From NCBI GenBank assembly GCA_965240325.2, contig OZ251225.1:2480001-2544000 (forward strand): a DNA stretch of 64,000 bases. Reading direction: 5' to 3'. This document shows, one piece after another, positions 10,929 to 24,435 of this stretch (position 1 is the stretch's first letter; each line of letters starts with the position of its first letter). Source of the stretch: Rebecca billardiae RCC1528. Its lineage: Eukaryota > Protista > Haptophyta. Under the pieces are notes generated by a model. It made no database searches. It was not told the DNA's origin and was given only the letters and a program-made list of their open reading frames with translations. The position numbers and the translations under genes are program-made.

Positions 10929-13019
10929 TCACGCATTGTCATATGTTCTAGCCGCCTGGCCTGCTGTGGCGGGCGCGCGGCTGAGCGACGGCTGCGCGGC
11001 GGTGGACGCGCCCGGCTCGGCCGACCAGATGATCGGGAAGGCAAAGACCTGCCTGCCGAGCTGGAAGAGCGTGTGCGGCGCCGCCAGCGCGAGCCCAGGG
11101 ACGGGCGCGCCGCGCCGCGTGCGCTCGACTGCGCCGATCGCGCGTGTGCTCGTCACGCTCGGCACGGAGACACCCGCGTGTCTGTACCCGGCAGCCAGAG
11201 CGATCGTCACAATCACGTCCCCCTCGTTCCACACGCGCAGCCCGCCCGCCGGGCGCGCGTGCGCGCGCACGTGGGAGACAAAGGCGTCGCTGCCGACAGC
11301 GGGCGCGCCAAATGTGACGAGCGATGGCCGACGCGCCCAGAAGTGCGCCGCCGCGAGCGTCGCGAGCGCGCCACCCATCGAGTGCCCGACGAAGACAAGC
11401 TCCGCGTCCGCCGGCGCGCGCGCCAGCTCCTGCTCGAGCTGAGGCAGGACGGACTCGAATGCGGCGAGGAACCCGCCATGCACAGACATGGCGGGCGGCC
11501 TGCCCGGCCACGCGCCATCGCCGCCGCCGCCTGCGCCCGCCGCCGCCGCCGGCGCGCCCGCGGACGCCACACGCGCAGGCGGCTTGAACGACCGCGGCAG
11601 GAAGGTCGCGTCCGTGATCAGATCTGGGAAGGCCTCTTTGGTGCCTCGGAACGAGACGACGACCGGTGGGCGCGCGGAGGGCAGCGGCGTGGCCACGTCA
11701 GGCGCAGGCGCAGCAGATGGCTCGCGCTCGCGTGAGCCTCCGGAGGCACCGCGCCCGCCGGTGGGCACGGCGACGAGGGCACATGCTCGCTCCGACTCGA
11801 CCGTGCTGATGTTCACCGGAGCGCTGCCGAGCGCGCGCTGCACCAGTGACTCGATCACGCGCGCCTCGGCGGGCGCAAGACCTCGCTGGATGGACGTGCG
11901 GCGCGCGGCATCCTCGGCTGGAGGCCGGAGCTTGAGGTTGTACGGCGCCTGCGCGAGCAGGAGCGCGGCCTCGATCCAGGCCAGGGTGCTGCCCTCCTCG
12001 GCCGCGCTGAGAGGCCGAGGCGGCGGCGCGGCGGACGTGGCGGCGGGCGGCGCGGCGCGCGGCGCGGACGGCGGAGGCTGTGTGCCGGGTGCAGCCACGC
12101 CACCGGCCGCCGCCGCGGCGGCGCCGACGCGCGACGCCGCGGCTGGCGAGGCACACGCGGCATGCAGCTCCGCGAGCGAGTGCCGCAGGTGCGTCTCCGC
12201 GCCTGACCACGAGACGATCGTTCGGACCTCCTGCGCGCCCGACGCGCGCACGGCCGAGCCGAGCTGCGCCTCGACAGCGGTGCGCGGCACGCCCGACGCC
12301 TCGAGGAGGAGGCCGCCGAGGGGCGCCGGGAGCGCGCGGAGGAAGTCTCGACCGGCCGCGCGCGCGCTCACGCCCGCGAGCGCGCCCTCGAGCGCGAGCA
12401 CGGCCTGCGCAGTCGACAGATTGGCGGCACGCGCGAGCGCAAGCAGCGGCGGCGCGGCCGCGCGCGAGTCGGTGAGCAGTTGGGCCCAGCTGCCGGTTGC
12501 GACGTCGCGCGCGACGCGCGTGAGGTTGGACGTGAGCGCCGTGATGTTTGTGACAGCGTCCACACCGGGCGCGCGCGCGCCGGCGCTCGTCGAGAGCGCT
12601 GCGGGCCTCGCCGTGCGCGGGAGCTCAGCACTCAGCACGGTGCGGGCGGCCTGCTCGACCACCTCGGCGGCTTTCACGAGCTCGGCGAGCTCGATGACGG
12701 CGCCGGAGTCCTTCTTGTTGAGCACGCCAGAGAAAGTGGACAGCGCCCGGCGCACGAGCCGCTGCACACTCAGCGAGAGGCCTGGCACGAGCGTCTCATT
12801 CGCACGAGCAGGCTCGCCCGCCATGCGAATGCAAGCGCGCCGCGCACGGCCGGCGGCGAGCCCGCTCGACAGTGCGAACGCTACCCGCCGCGGACGGGCA
12901 GGGCGTGCGCGCGATCGTATGGGGCTGCGAAGCGCGGGCCCATGCCCCGTGGTCGTCGGAAGCGCCAGCAGCACCAGCGCGAGCACCGCGCACGGCCACC
13001 AGCACCGCGCGGCCGCCAT
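10929..13019 (-). CDS. Class 3 (fungal-type) lipase with N-terminal signal/transit-like presequence
   Basis: VSFRGT, VHGGF, nucleophile elbow GHSMGG, TFGAPAVG, RVWNEGDVI, distal His (APHTLF). Hydrophobic signal followed by an Arg/Ser/Ala-rich stretch. Confidence 0.88.
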   Translation of the reverse strand: MAAARCWWPCAVLALVLLALPTTTGHGPALRSPIRSRARPARPRRVAFALSSGLAAGRARRACIRMAGEPARANETLVPGLSLSVQRLVRRALSTFSGVLNKKDSGAVIELAELVKAAEVVEQAARTVLSAELPRTARPAALSTSAGARAPGVDAVTNITALTSNLTRVARDVATGSWAQLLTDSRAAAPPLLALARAANLSTAQAVLALEGALAGVSARAAGRDFLRALPAPLGGLLLEASGVPRTAVEAQLGSAVRASGAQEVRTIVSWSGAETHLRHSLAELHAACASPAAASRVGAAAAAAGGVAAPGTQPPPSAPRAAPPAATSAAPPPRPLSAAEEGSTLAWIEAALLLAQAPYNLKLRPPAEDAARRTSIQRGLAPAEARVIESLVQRALGSAPVNISTVESERACALVAVPTGGRGASGGSREREPSAAPAPDVATPLPSARPPVVVSFRGTKEAFPDLITDATFLPRSFKPPARVASAGAPAAAAGAGGGGDGAWPGRPPAMSVHGGFLAAFESVLPQLEQELARAPADAELVFVGHSMGGALATLAAAHFWARRPSLVTFGAPAVGSDAFVSHVRAHARPAGGLRVWNEGDVIVTIALAAGYRHAGVSVPSVTSTRAIGAVERTRRGAPVPGLALAAPHTLFQLGRQVFAFPIIWSAEPGASTAAQPSLSRAPATAGQAARTYDNA

Positions 13020-13416
13020 TCCAGCCTAAGCGCGCTGTTGAAGCGGCTGCTCGCCTGCTGTCACGGAAACGCCGCCTCAGCAGCAGCAGCGCAATATAAT
13101 TTCTGAGCAACCACCGCCCTTGAGGAACCGAGCAGTGTCTGTTGTCACAATGAACTGTCTTGACGCGCTCTCTGTGAGTGTGGGGACTACAGTTTATTTG
13201 TTTTAACGTGCGTAAGGCTCACGGTGGCAGGTTGCCGCGCCATCCTTCATCGCACGCTCTCCGAAGAGAGACCTGGAAACTGGTTTTGAACCCACAGTTG
13301 ACTACTGTATGTTTTAACGTGCACACTTGGTTAATTAAGGCGTAGTGATGGACGTTACTGCACAATAACGATAGCTAGCTTACTGTATATATGACACTCC
13401 GCCTCTATGGGCATCA

Positions 13417-16400
13417 TCAGCGAAGGGTGCAGACGCCGAGGAAGCGCACAACGGGCGAGATGATGCGCAGCGAGATGAATTGCTGCACGCCCTTCGGCAG
13501 GCTCGCCAGCGCGTATCTCGCGAGCGGCGAGATGAACGCGACGGCGGGCTCGAAGATGAGCAGCTTGAGCACGCACGAAGTCACGAGCGCCACGAGCAGC
13601 GGGCCCGTCCACGTGTTCAGGTCTCGGAGGATGGGGTTGAAGAGCGAGTACAGGATGAGCAGCGCGTACATGCACAGCCCGAGCAGGGCGTGCACGCTCC
13701 ACGCGAGGACCAGCTTCCACCGGCGCGGGCGCGACCACCACAGCTGCGCAATCTTGAGCGACTTGTCGTCGATGCGCGAGTACGCCTCCACCTCGCTGAT
13801 GTCGGCGACGCCCGCAGGCAGCCGGCGGCGGCGCGAGGGCGAGGGCGGCGGCGCGGCGGCGGCGGTCGAGCCGCCGCCGTCCACCCAGATGTTCTCCTCC
13901 GGCGCGGGCGCCTCGGACGCGGATGCCACCGGCGAGGCGGGCAGCAGACGCGCTGGTGGCTGCCGCTTGAACGCGGCGAGCAGCTGCGCGCGCGCCACGT
14001 CCGGCTCGCAGAAGAGGTCGTCGGTGGTGATGCGCCGGCCGTCGACAAACGGCGAGCCAAACGGCACGGCGAAGACCATGTTCGACTGCTTCTTCGACAG
14101 CCGCGCCGCGGCCTTGGGCTTGATGTGGTAGTAGCGCGTGGCCACCCGGTCCGCGTGCGCGTCGGCCGCCTGGTACACGAGCTGCGCCTGCACGAAGCGC
14201 AGGTCGGGCACGTGCTCCGGACGGTACTCGGCGTGCGGGCTCTCTGCAGCCTCGGCCGCGTCCTCGGCAGCGGCCGAGCCGCGCCGTTGGCGCGGCGTCG
14301 GCATGATCGTGCCAATCACGCGGTCGACGAGGCCGCGGCGCGCCGCCATCGCGGCGCGCTGCTCGAGGAAGCGCTGCCGCGCCACCTCGGTCGCGTCCGC
14401 CACGCCCACGCGCACGAAGAAGCCCACCATCTCGCCGCGGCGCGTGTGCACGGCCATCAGCGCCTTGGCGGGCATGCGGATTGGCGCGCGCGAGCCCATC
14501 TCCGCAATCTCAGCGCCGTTGCGCGGCGCGATGCCCACCTTGGACGGGCAGACGTACAGCAGCTTGTGCGCGCTCGACAGCACCGCGAGCGGCACGCTGC
14601 TGCCGTCGTCGCTCAGCCCGGCGATCTTGCCGCTGCGCTCGGACGCGGACGCGCCCTCCGACGTCTCCGACGCCGTGTCCGCGCGCGAGCTCGTGCGGGC
14701 GGTGAGCGCGCGCCGGGCCGACGACGTGTCCGAGTCGTCGTCGGCGATCAGCTCTTCGATCAGGTCGCGCCAGTCCTCCGGCATGCCGAGCTGCGACGCG
14801 CGCCGGTTGCGCTCCGCCAGGATGGCCTCCTCCGGCTCGCCCTCGTCGTCCGAGTCGGACGCCGCGCCGCCGGGCACGCCGTGCGTGTGCGCCCGGACCG
14901 GAGCGGTGCGGTCGGTGACTGGGCCAGCCACCTGGACCGCGCGCGCCGCGAGGCGCGAGACGCGCCGGCAGCGCGCCGCCAGGATGAGCTCCTCCAACTC
15001 GCCATCGTCCTCCGAGTCGGACGCCGCGGCGGGCGCGCTGTTGGACGGCCGCGGGGCCGGGACGACGCGGTCGGCGGTCGAGCTGGCCGCCTGCTCGCGC
15101 GCGCGCGCCGCCAGCGCGGGCCCAAAGCGCAAGACCCTCGGCCGCGGCGGGCTTGGCGGCGGCGACGGCGCGGGCACGCCCGAAGGCCCGCGCTCGTCGG
15201 CCGAAGCCGCATCGATGTCGTGATCGTCCACCGGCAAGACGCGCGCCCCGCTGCTCGCGCGTGCCGGGCTCAGACCGACTGCCGCAGGCTCCTGCGCCTG
15301 CAGCAGCCCGGCGAGCGCGCCGGCTGGCATCGAGTTGGAGCGCCTCATCGGGCGTCGGCGCGAGGGGTGCGTCGGCGGGCTCGGCGGCGGCGACGGCGGC
15401 GTCGGCGGCGGCAGCCGCGTGCGCGCCATGCGCCGCGCGGGCTCGGAGTCGCGCTCGTCGTCCGAGTCGCCCGGCGAGATGCGCGCACCGCGCTTGAGCA
15501 TCGCCGCCCTGAGCTCGCCGCCGCCCATCGAGTGCGCCTTTGCGAGCAGGCGCGATGGCCGTGGCGGGCTCGGCGGCGGCGATGGCGCGGGCGCGGGCGG
15601 CGGCGGCACCACGGCCGTCATCGGCATCTCCTCGCGCTTGCGGATCGACAGCCGGAACGGCAGCGCGGCGCGGCAGCAGCAGGCGCACGCGCAGAGCCGC
15701 GTCCACAGCGACTGCCGCTTGAGCTCGCGGTTGTACTTTTTGATAATCCGGTGCTTGAGCCGCGCGAGCGGGCGGCGCCGGTTCGCCCAGCGGAAGAGGA
15801 AGTGGATGGCGAACTCGAAGGGCACGGCGAGACCGACGGTGAGCAGCGCCAGCGTGAGCACGTCGCGCGCCAGCCAGGACTCCTGCCCGATGCACGCGAC
15901 CGCGACCAGCAGCTGCGCGAGCAGCGTGTTGTACAGCACGGTGACGCGCTGCCGCGAGGTGACGAGCTCGCCCGGCAGCCGCGTGAGCCACCACGAGAAG
16001 GTCGAGTGCGCGAGCAGCGAGGCGCCCAGCGCGTGGCACAGCCCGGCGTCCTCCTTGCGCTTCCACAGCGGCACGAACGGCTCGCGCTCGACGTGCCGGT
16101 CGTGAATGTGCGCGCAGTAGTAGAGCGAGACGTACGTGATCAGCAGGAAGAACAGGAGCACCTGCGCCGTGTACGCGAAGGCCAGGGAGGAGTCGAGCCT
16201 CACCGCCTGCGCGTCGAGCGGCTGGCCGTCCGCCGCGACGTTCGGATCGACGGACAACTCGGGCTCGGCGCGGTACACGGCGATGAAGTCGGTGAGGTGC
16301 GTGCACTCGCACGTTGTGACGTCGCTGAACGCGTCGCCCGCGTCCACGCAGCCCTCGCTGCCCCACGCGTCGCCCGCCCAGAAGCGGCAGCTGAAGCCCT

Positions 16401-19400
16401 CCGCGTCCTCGTCGCCCGCCGGCAGGATCTTCGGGTCGACCGGGAGATCGATGCGCACGATCGGCGGGAGCTCGCCCGCGGCGGTGAACTGCGTGAAGTC
16501 GATGGCGAGCGGCGCGCCGTTGAGCCACACGTTCACGCTCGTGAGCGAGGCTGCCATCCCGTACCCGTTGAGGTTGCTGAACGCGCGGAAGTTCTTCTCC
16601 CACAGCACGACCGCCACGTGCAACGAGTCGAGCTGCGACGCGTTGGTCGCGTTGAGCAGCCCGCGGCCCAGCATGAACTCGAGCGTGGCCACGGGGATAG
16701 TGAAGGTGGCGTGGGCGAGGGCGTCCCCCACCATCACCTCGGGCGAGTCGACCACAATGTCGGCCAGCCCGAACGTCGCCGGGTGGACGTGCTGGACCAC
16801 GACGGCCGCGCTGCCGTACACCGTGTCCACCGTCTCGCGCAGCTGGGAGCCCGCGCGCAGCGCGCTCAGCTGGCTCGAGATGAACGAGTCCACCGCCTCG
16901 TTGATCTGGTCGGCGCGGTAGCTCGCCTCGCCGTACGCCTCGTCTGCGCCGCCGGGGCCGCCGTCCACGCCGCCGAGGCTCGCGCTGGAGGCGTCGGTCG
17001 TCTCGTCCGGCAGCACGCCCAGGTCGAGCAGCGCCTCCACCGCCTCCTCGATCCAGTCGCCGGGCGGAGGGGGCGAGGGCGGCGGGCTTGGCGGCGGCGA
17101 GGGCGGTGGCGAGGGTGGCGGCGCAGGGCCACCAGGGCCGCCGCCACCTTCCGCGGGCGGCGGAGGCGAGGGCGGTGGCGAGGGTGGCGGCGCAGGGCCA
17201 CCAGGGCCGCCGCCACCTTCCGCGGGCGGCGGAGGCGAGGGCGGTGGTGACGGAGGCGGCGGCGGGCTCGGCGGCGGCGCCGGCGGCGGCGAGGGCGGTG
17301 GCGAGGGTGGCGGCGCAGGGCCACCAGGGCCGCCGCCACCTTCCGCGGGCGGCGGCGGCGAGGGCGGTGGCGAGGGTGGCGGCGCAGGGCCGCCAGGGCC
17401 GCCGCCACCTTCCGCGGGCGGTGGGGGCGAGGGCGGTGGTGACGGAGGCGGCGGAGGCGGCGGGCTCGGCGGCGGCGGGCTCGGCGGAGGCATCGGAGGA
17501 GGCGACGGCGGCGGCGGCGGTGGAGGGCTCGGCGGCGGCGGGCTCGGCGGGGGCATCGGAGGCGGCGACGGCGGCGGCGGCGGTGGAGGGCTCGGCGGCG
17601 GCGGGCTCGGCGGCGGCATCGGTGGCGGCGACGGCGGCGGCGGCGGTGGCGGGCTGGGAGGTGGCGGGCTTGGCGGCGGCATGGGCGGAGGCGAGGGCGG
17701 CGGCGGCGGTGGAGGGCTCGGCGGCGGCGGGCTGGGTGGCGGGCTCGGCGGCGGCGATGGTGGTGGTGGCGGCGGCGGACTCGGCGGTGGCGGGCTTGGA
17801 GGGGGAGAAGGCGGCGGTGACGGTGGAGGCGGCGGAGGAGGGCTCGGCGGTGGCGGACTCGGCGGTGGAGATGGCGGCGGCGATGGCGGTGGTGGCGGCG
17901 GCGGGCTCGGCGGCGGCGGGCTGGGCGGCGGGCTCGGCGGCGGCGATGGTGGTGGTGGCGGCGGCGGACTCGGTGGTGGCGGGCTTGGAGGGGGAGAAGG
18001 CGGCGGTGACGGTGGAGGCGGCGGAGGAGGGCTCGGTGGTGGCGGACTCGGCGGTGGAGATGGCGGCGGCGATGGCGGTGGTGGCGGCGGCGGGCTCGGC
18101 GGCGGCGGGCTGGGCGGCGGGCTCGGCGGCGGCGATGGTGGTGGTGGCGGCGGCGGACTCGGTGGTGGCGGGCTTGGAGGGGGAGAAGGCGGCGGTGACG
18201 GTGGAGGCGGCGGAGGAGGGCTCGGTGGTGGCGGACTCGGCGGTGGAGATGGCGGCGGCGATGGCGGTGGTGGCGGCGGCGGGCTCGGCGGCGGCGGGCT
18301 GGGCGGCGGGCTCGGCGGCGGCGATGGTGGTGGTGGCGGCGGCGGACTCGGTGGTGGCGGGCTTGGAGGGGGAGAAGGCGGCGGTGACGGTGGAGGCGGC
18401 GGAGGAGGGCTCGGTGGTGGCGGACTCGGCGGTGGAGATGGCGGCGGCGATGGTGGTGGTGGCGGCGGCGGGCTCGGCGGCGGCGGGCTGGGCGGCGGGC
18501 TCGGCGGCGGCGATGGTGGTGGTGGCGGCGGCGGACTCGGTGGTGGCGGGCTTGGAGGGGGAGAAGGCGGCGGTGACGGTGGAGGCGGCGGAGGAGGGCT
18601 CGGTGGTGGCGGACTCGGCGGTGGAGATGGCGGCGGCGATGGCGGTGGTGGCGGCGGCGGGCTCGGCGGCGGCGGGCTGGGCGGCGGGCTCGGCGGCGGC
18701 GATGGTGGTGGTGGCGGCGGCGGACTCGGCGGTGGCGGGCTTGGAGGGGGAGAAGGCGGCGGTGACGGTGGAGGCGGCGGAGGAGGGCTCGGTGGTGGCG
18801 GACTCGGCGGTGGAGATGGCGGCGGCGATGGCGGTGGTGGCGGCGGCGGGCTCGGCGGCGGCGGGCTGGGCGGTGGGCTCGGCGGCGGCGATGGTGGTGG
18901 TGGCGGCGGCGGACTCGGTGGTGGCGGGCTTGGAGGGGGAGAAGGCGGCGGTGACGGTGGAGGCGGCGGAGGAGGGCTCGGTGGTGGCGGACTCGGCGGT
19001 GGAGATGGCGGCGGCGATGGCGGTGGTGGCGGCGGCGGGCTCGGCGGCGGCGGGCTGGGCGGCGGGCTCGGCGGCGGCGATGGTGGTGGTGGCGGCGGCG
19101 GACTCGGCGGTGGCGGGCTTGGAGGGGGAGAAGGCGGCGGTGACGGTGGAGGCGGCGGAGGAGGGCTCGGTGGTGGCGGACTCGGCGGTGGAGATGGCGG
19201 CGGCGATGGCGGTGGTGGCGGCGGCGGGCTCGGCGGCGGCGGGCTGGGCGGCGGGCTCGGCGGCGGCGATGGTGGTGGTGGCGGCGGCGGACTCGGTGGT
19301 GGCGGGCTTGGAGGGGGAGAAGGCGGCGGTGACGGTGGAGGCGGCGGAGGAGGGCTCGGTGGTGGCGGACTCGGCGGTGGAGATGGCGGCGGCGATGGCG

Positions 19401-20919
19401 GTGGTGGCGGCGGCGGGCTGGGCGGCGGCGGGCTGGGCGGCGGGCTCGGCGGCGGCGATGGTGGTGGTGGCGGCGGCGGACTCGGCGGTGGCGGGCTTGG
19501 AGGGGGAGAAGGCGGCGGTGACGGTGGAGGCGGCGGAGGAGGGCTCGGTGGTGGCGGACTCGGCGGTGGAGATGGCGGCGGCGATGGCGGTGGTGGCGGC
19601 GGCGGGCTCGGCGGCGGCGGGCTGGGCGGCGGGCTCGGCGGCGGCGATGGTGGTGGTGGCGGCGGCGGACTCGGCGGTGGCGGGCTCGGAGGGGGAGAAG
19701 GCGGCGGTGACGGTGGAGGCGGCGGAGGAGGGCTCGGTGGTGGCGGACTCGGCGGTGGAGATGGCGGCGGCGATGGCGGTGGTGGCGGCGGCGGGCTCGG
19801 CGGCGGCGGGCTGGGCGGCGGGCTCGGCGGCGGCGAGGGAGGTGGTGGCGGCGGCGAGCTGGGCGGCGGCGGCGACGGCGGCGGCGAGGGAGGAGGTGGC
19901 GGCGGCGGGCTCGGCGGCGGCGGGCTCGGCGGCGGGCTCGGCGGCGGCGATGGCGGTGGCGGCGGTGGCGAGCTGGGCGGTGGTGGCGACGGCGGCGGCG
20001 ATGGCGGCGGCGGTGGCGGCGGAGATGGCGGCGGCGGGCTGGGAGGCGGGCTCGGCGGTGGCGAAGGCGGTGGCGGAGGCGGCAAGCTGGGCGGCGGCGG
20101 CGACGGCGGCGGCGATGGCGGCGGCGGTGGTGGCGGAGATGGCGGCGGCGGGCTTGGAGGCGGGCTCGGCGGCGGCGATGGCGGTGGCGGCGGTGGCGAG
20201 CTGGGCGGTGGTGGCGACGGCGGCGGTGATGGCGGCGGCGGCGGCGGCGGGCTTGGCGGCGGAGGGCTTGGCGGCGGGCTTGGCGGCGGGCTTGGCGGTG
20301 GCGGCGGTGGCGAGCTGGGCGGCGGCGGCGACGGCGGCGGCGATGGCGGCGGAGGCGGCGGCGGAGATGGCGGCGGCGGGCTTGGCGGCGGGCTCGGCGG
20401 CGGCGACGGCGGTGGCGGCGGTGGCGATCTGGGCGGTGGTGGCGAAGGCGGCGGTGATGGCGGCGGGGGCGGCGGCGGGCTGGGCGGCGGCGGGCTTGGA
20501 GGCGGGCTCGGCGGCGGCGACGGCGGTGGCGGCGGTGGCGAGCTGGGCGGCGGCGGCGACGGCGGCGGCGAGGGAGGAGGTGGCGGCGGCGGGCTCGGCG
20601 GCGGCGGGCTCGGCGGCGGGCTCGGCGGCGGCGATGGCGGTGGCGGCGGTGGCGAGCTGGGCGGTGGCGGCGACGGCGGCGGCGATGGCGGCGGTGGCGG
20701 CGGCGGGCTCGGCGGCGGCGGGCTGGGCGGCGGGCTCGGCGGCGGCGACGGCGGTGGCGGTGGAGGCGAGCTGGGTGGCGGAGGTGACGGTGGTGGCGAT
20801 GGCGGCGGCGGCGGCGGCGGGCTCGGCGGCGGCGGCGACGGAGGCGGGCTCGGAGGCGGCGACGGCGGGGGCGGCGGTGGCGAGCTGGGCGGCGGCGGCG
20901 ACGGCGGTGGCGATGGCGG

Positions 20920-20954
<35 letters not shown>

Positions 20955-21945
20955 GAGGCGGGCTCGGCGGCGGCGACGGCGGTGGCGGCGGTGGCGAGCT
21001 GGGCGGCGGCGGCGACGGCGGCGGCGAGGGAGGAGGTGGCGGCGGCGGGCTCGGCGGCGGCGGGCTCGGCGGCGGGCTCGGCGGCGGCGATGGCGGTGGC
21101 GGCGGTGGCGAGCTGGGCGGTGGCGGCGACGGCGGCGGCGATGGCGGCGGTGGCGGCGGCGGGCTCGGCGGCGGCGGGCTGGGCGGCGGGCTCGGCGGCG
21201 GCGACGGCGGTGGCGGTGGAGGCGAGCTGGGTGGCGGAGGTGACGGTGGTGGCGATGGCGGCGGCGGCGGCGGCGGGCTCGGCGGCGGCGGCGACGGAGG
21301 CGGGCTCGGAGGCGGCGACGGCGGGGGCGGCGGTGGCGAGCTGGGCGGCGGCGGCGACGGCGGTGGCGATGGCGGCGGCGGCGGCGGCGGGCTCGGCGGC
21401 GGCGGCGACGGAGGCGGGCTCGGAGGCGGCGACGGCGGGGGCGGCGGTGGCGAGCTGGGCGGCGGCGGCGACGGCGGCGGCGATGGCGGCGGAGGCGGCG
21501 GCGGGCTCGGCGGTGGCGGAGACGGAGGCGGGCTCGGCGGCGGCGACGGCGGTGGCGGCGGTGGCGAGCTGGGCGGCGGCGGCGACGGCGGCGGCGATGG
21601 CGGCGGAGGCGGCGGCGGGCTCGGCGGTGGCGGAGACGGAGGCGGGCTCGGCGGCGGCGACGGCGGTGGTGGCGGTGGCGAGCTGGGCGGCGGCGGCGAC
21701 GGCGGTGGCGAGGGCGGCGGCGGCGGCGGCGGAGATGGCGGCGGCGGGCTTGGCGGCGGGCTCGGCGGCGGCGACGGCGGCGGCGGCGGAGGCGAGCTAG
21801 GCGGTGGTGGCGACGGCGGCGGTGATGGCGGCGGTGGCGGCGGCGGGCTCGGCGGTGGCGGGCTGGGCGGAGGGCTCGGCGGCGGCGACGGCGGTGGCGG
21901 AGGCGGCGAGCTGGGCGGCGGCGGCGACGGCGGCGGCGATGGCGG

Positions 21946-21978
<33 letters not shown>

Positions 21979-23718
21979 GGGCGGCGGGCTCGGCGGCGGC
22001 GACGGCGGTGGCGGCGGTGGCGAGCTGGGTGGCGGAGGTGACGGTGGTGGCGATGGTGGCGGGGGCGGCGGCGGGCTCGGCGGTGGCGGGCTTGGGGGCG
22101 GACTCGGCGGCGGCGACGGCGGTGGCGGAGGCGGCGAGCTGGGTGGCGGCGGCGACGGCGGCGGCGATGGCGGCGGCGGCGGCGGCGGGCTCGGCGGAGG
22201 CGGGCTGGGCGGCGGGCTCGGCGGCGGCGACGGCGGTGGTGGCGGCGGCGAGCTGGGCGGCGGCGGCGACGGCGGCGGCGATGGCGGCGGGGGCGGCGGC
22301 GGAGATGGCGGTGGCGGAGACGGAGGCGGGCTCGGAGGCGGCGACGGCGGTGGCGGCGGTGGCGAGCTGGGCGGTGGAGGCGACGGCGGTGGCGAGGGCG
22401 GCGGTGGCGGCGGCGGAGATGGCGGCGGCGGGCTTGGTGGCGGGCTCGGCGGCGGCGACGGCGGTGGCGGAGGCGGCGAGCTGGGCGGTGGTGGCGACGG
22501 CGGCGGCGATGGCGGCGGAGGCGGCGGCGGGCTCGGCGGTGGCGGGCTGGGCGGAGGGCTCGGCGGCGGCGACGGCGGTGGCGGAGGCGGCGAGCTGGGC
22601 GGCGGCGGCGACGGCGGCGGCGATGGCGGCGGGGGCGGTGGCGGAGATGGCGGCGGCGGAGACGGAGGCGGGCTCGGAGGCGGCGACGGCGGTGGCGGCG
22701 GTGGCGAGCTGGGTGGTGGTGGCGACGGCGGCGGCGATGGCGGCGGCGGCGGCGGCGGGCTCGGCGGTGGCGGAGACGGAGGCGGGCTCGGAGGCGGCGA
22801 CGGCGGTGGCGGCGGTGGCGAGCTGGGCGGTGGTGGCGACGGCGGCGGTGATGGCGGCGGCGGCGGTGGGGGGCTCGGCGGTGGCGGGCTGGGCGGCGGG
22901 CTCGGCGGTGGCGACGGCGGTGGCGGAGGCGGCGAGCTGGGCGGTGGTGGCGATGGCGGCGGCGATGGCGGCGGGGGCGGTGGCGGAGATGGCGGTGGCG
23001 GAGACGGAGGCGGGCTCGGAGGCGGCGACGGCGGTGGCGGCGGAGGCGAGCTGGGTGGCGGAGGTGACGGTGGTGGCGATGGCGGCGGCGGCGGCGGCGG
23101 GCTCGGCGGCGGCGGAGACGGAGGCGGGCTCGGAGGCGGCGACGGCGGTGGCGGCGGAGGCGAGCTGGGTGGCGGAGGTGACGGCGGTGGCGATGGCGGC
23201 GGCGGCGGCGGCGGGCTCGGCGGCGGCGGAGACGGAGGCGGGCTCGGAGGCGGCGACGGCGGTGGCGGCGGAGGCGAGCTGGGTGGCGGAGGTGACGGTG
23301 GTGGCGATGGCGGCGGCGGCGGCGGCGGGCTCGGCGGCGGCGGAGACGGAGGCGGGCTCGGAGGCGGCGACGGCGGTGGCGGCGGTGGCGAGCTGGGCGG
23401 CGGCGGCGACGGCGGCGGCGATGGCGGCGGAGGTGGCGGCGGGCTCGGCGGTGGCGGCGACGGAGGCGGGCTCGGCGGCGGCGACGGCGGTGGCGGCGGA
23501 GGCGGGCTCGGCGGCGGCGGGCTGGGCGGCGGGCTCGGCGGCGGCGACGGCGGTGGTGGCGGTGGCGAGCTGGGCGGTGGTGGCGACGGCGGCGGCGATG
23601 GCGGCGGCGGCGGCGGCGGGCTCGGCGGTGGCGGGCTTGGCGGAGGGCTCGGCGGCGGCGACGGCGGTGGCGGCGGTGGCGAGCTGGGCGGTGGTGGCGA
23701 CGGCGGCGGCGATGGCGG

Positions 23719-23751
<33 letters not shown>

Positions 23752-23832
23752 GGGCGGCGGGCTCGGCGGCGGCGACGGCGGTGGCGGCGGTGGCGAGCTG
23801 GGCGGTGGTGGCGACGGCGGCGGCGATGGCGG

Positions 23833-23865
<33 letters not shown>

Positions 23866-23946
23866 GGGCGGCGGGCTCGGCGGCGGCGACGGCGGTGGCG
23901 GCGGTGGCGAGCTGGGCGGTGGTGGCGACGGCGGCGGCGATGGCGG

Positions 23947-23981
<35 letters not shown>

Positions 23982-24402
23982 GCGGAGGGCTCGGCGGCGG
24001 CGACGGCGGAGGCGGCGGTGGCGAGCTGGGCGGTGGTGGCGACGGCGGCGGCGATGGCGGCGGTGGCGGAGGCGGGCTCGGCGGCGGCGGAGACGGAGGC
24101 GGGCTCGGAGGCGGCGACGGCGGTGGCGGAGGCGGCGAGCTGGGCGGTGGTGGCGACGGCGGCGGTGATGGCGGCGGCGGCGGCGGCGGGCTCGGCGGTG
24201 GCGGGCTGGGCGGAGGGCTCGGCGGCGGCGACGGCGGTGGCGGAGGCGGCGAGCTGGGCGGCGGAGGCGACGGCGGCGGCGATGGCGGCGGCGGCGGCGG
24301 CGGGCTCGGCGGTGGCGGGCTGGGCGGAGGGCTCGGCGGCGGCGACGGCGGTGGCGGAGGCGGCGAGCTGGGCGGCGGCGGCGACGGCGGCGGCGATGGC
24401 GG

Positions 24403-24435
<33 letters not shown>

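Noticed and set aside
13417-16400. Adhesion GPCR call
   Set aside because: A GPS is present, but only ~5 TM segments follow, split by a long loop and carrying PKD1-like motifs rather than a compact 7-TM bundle.
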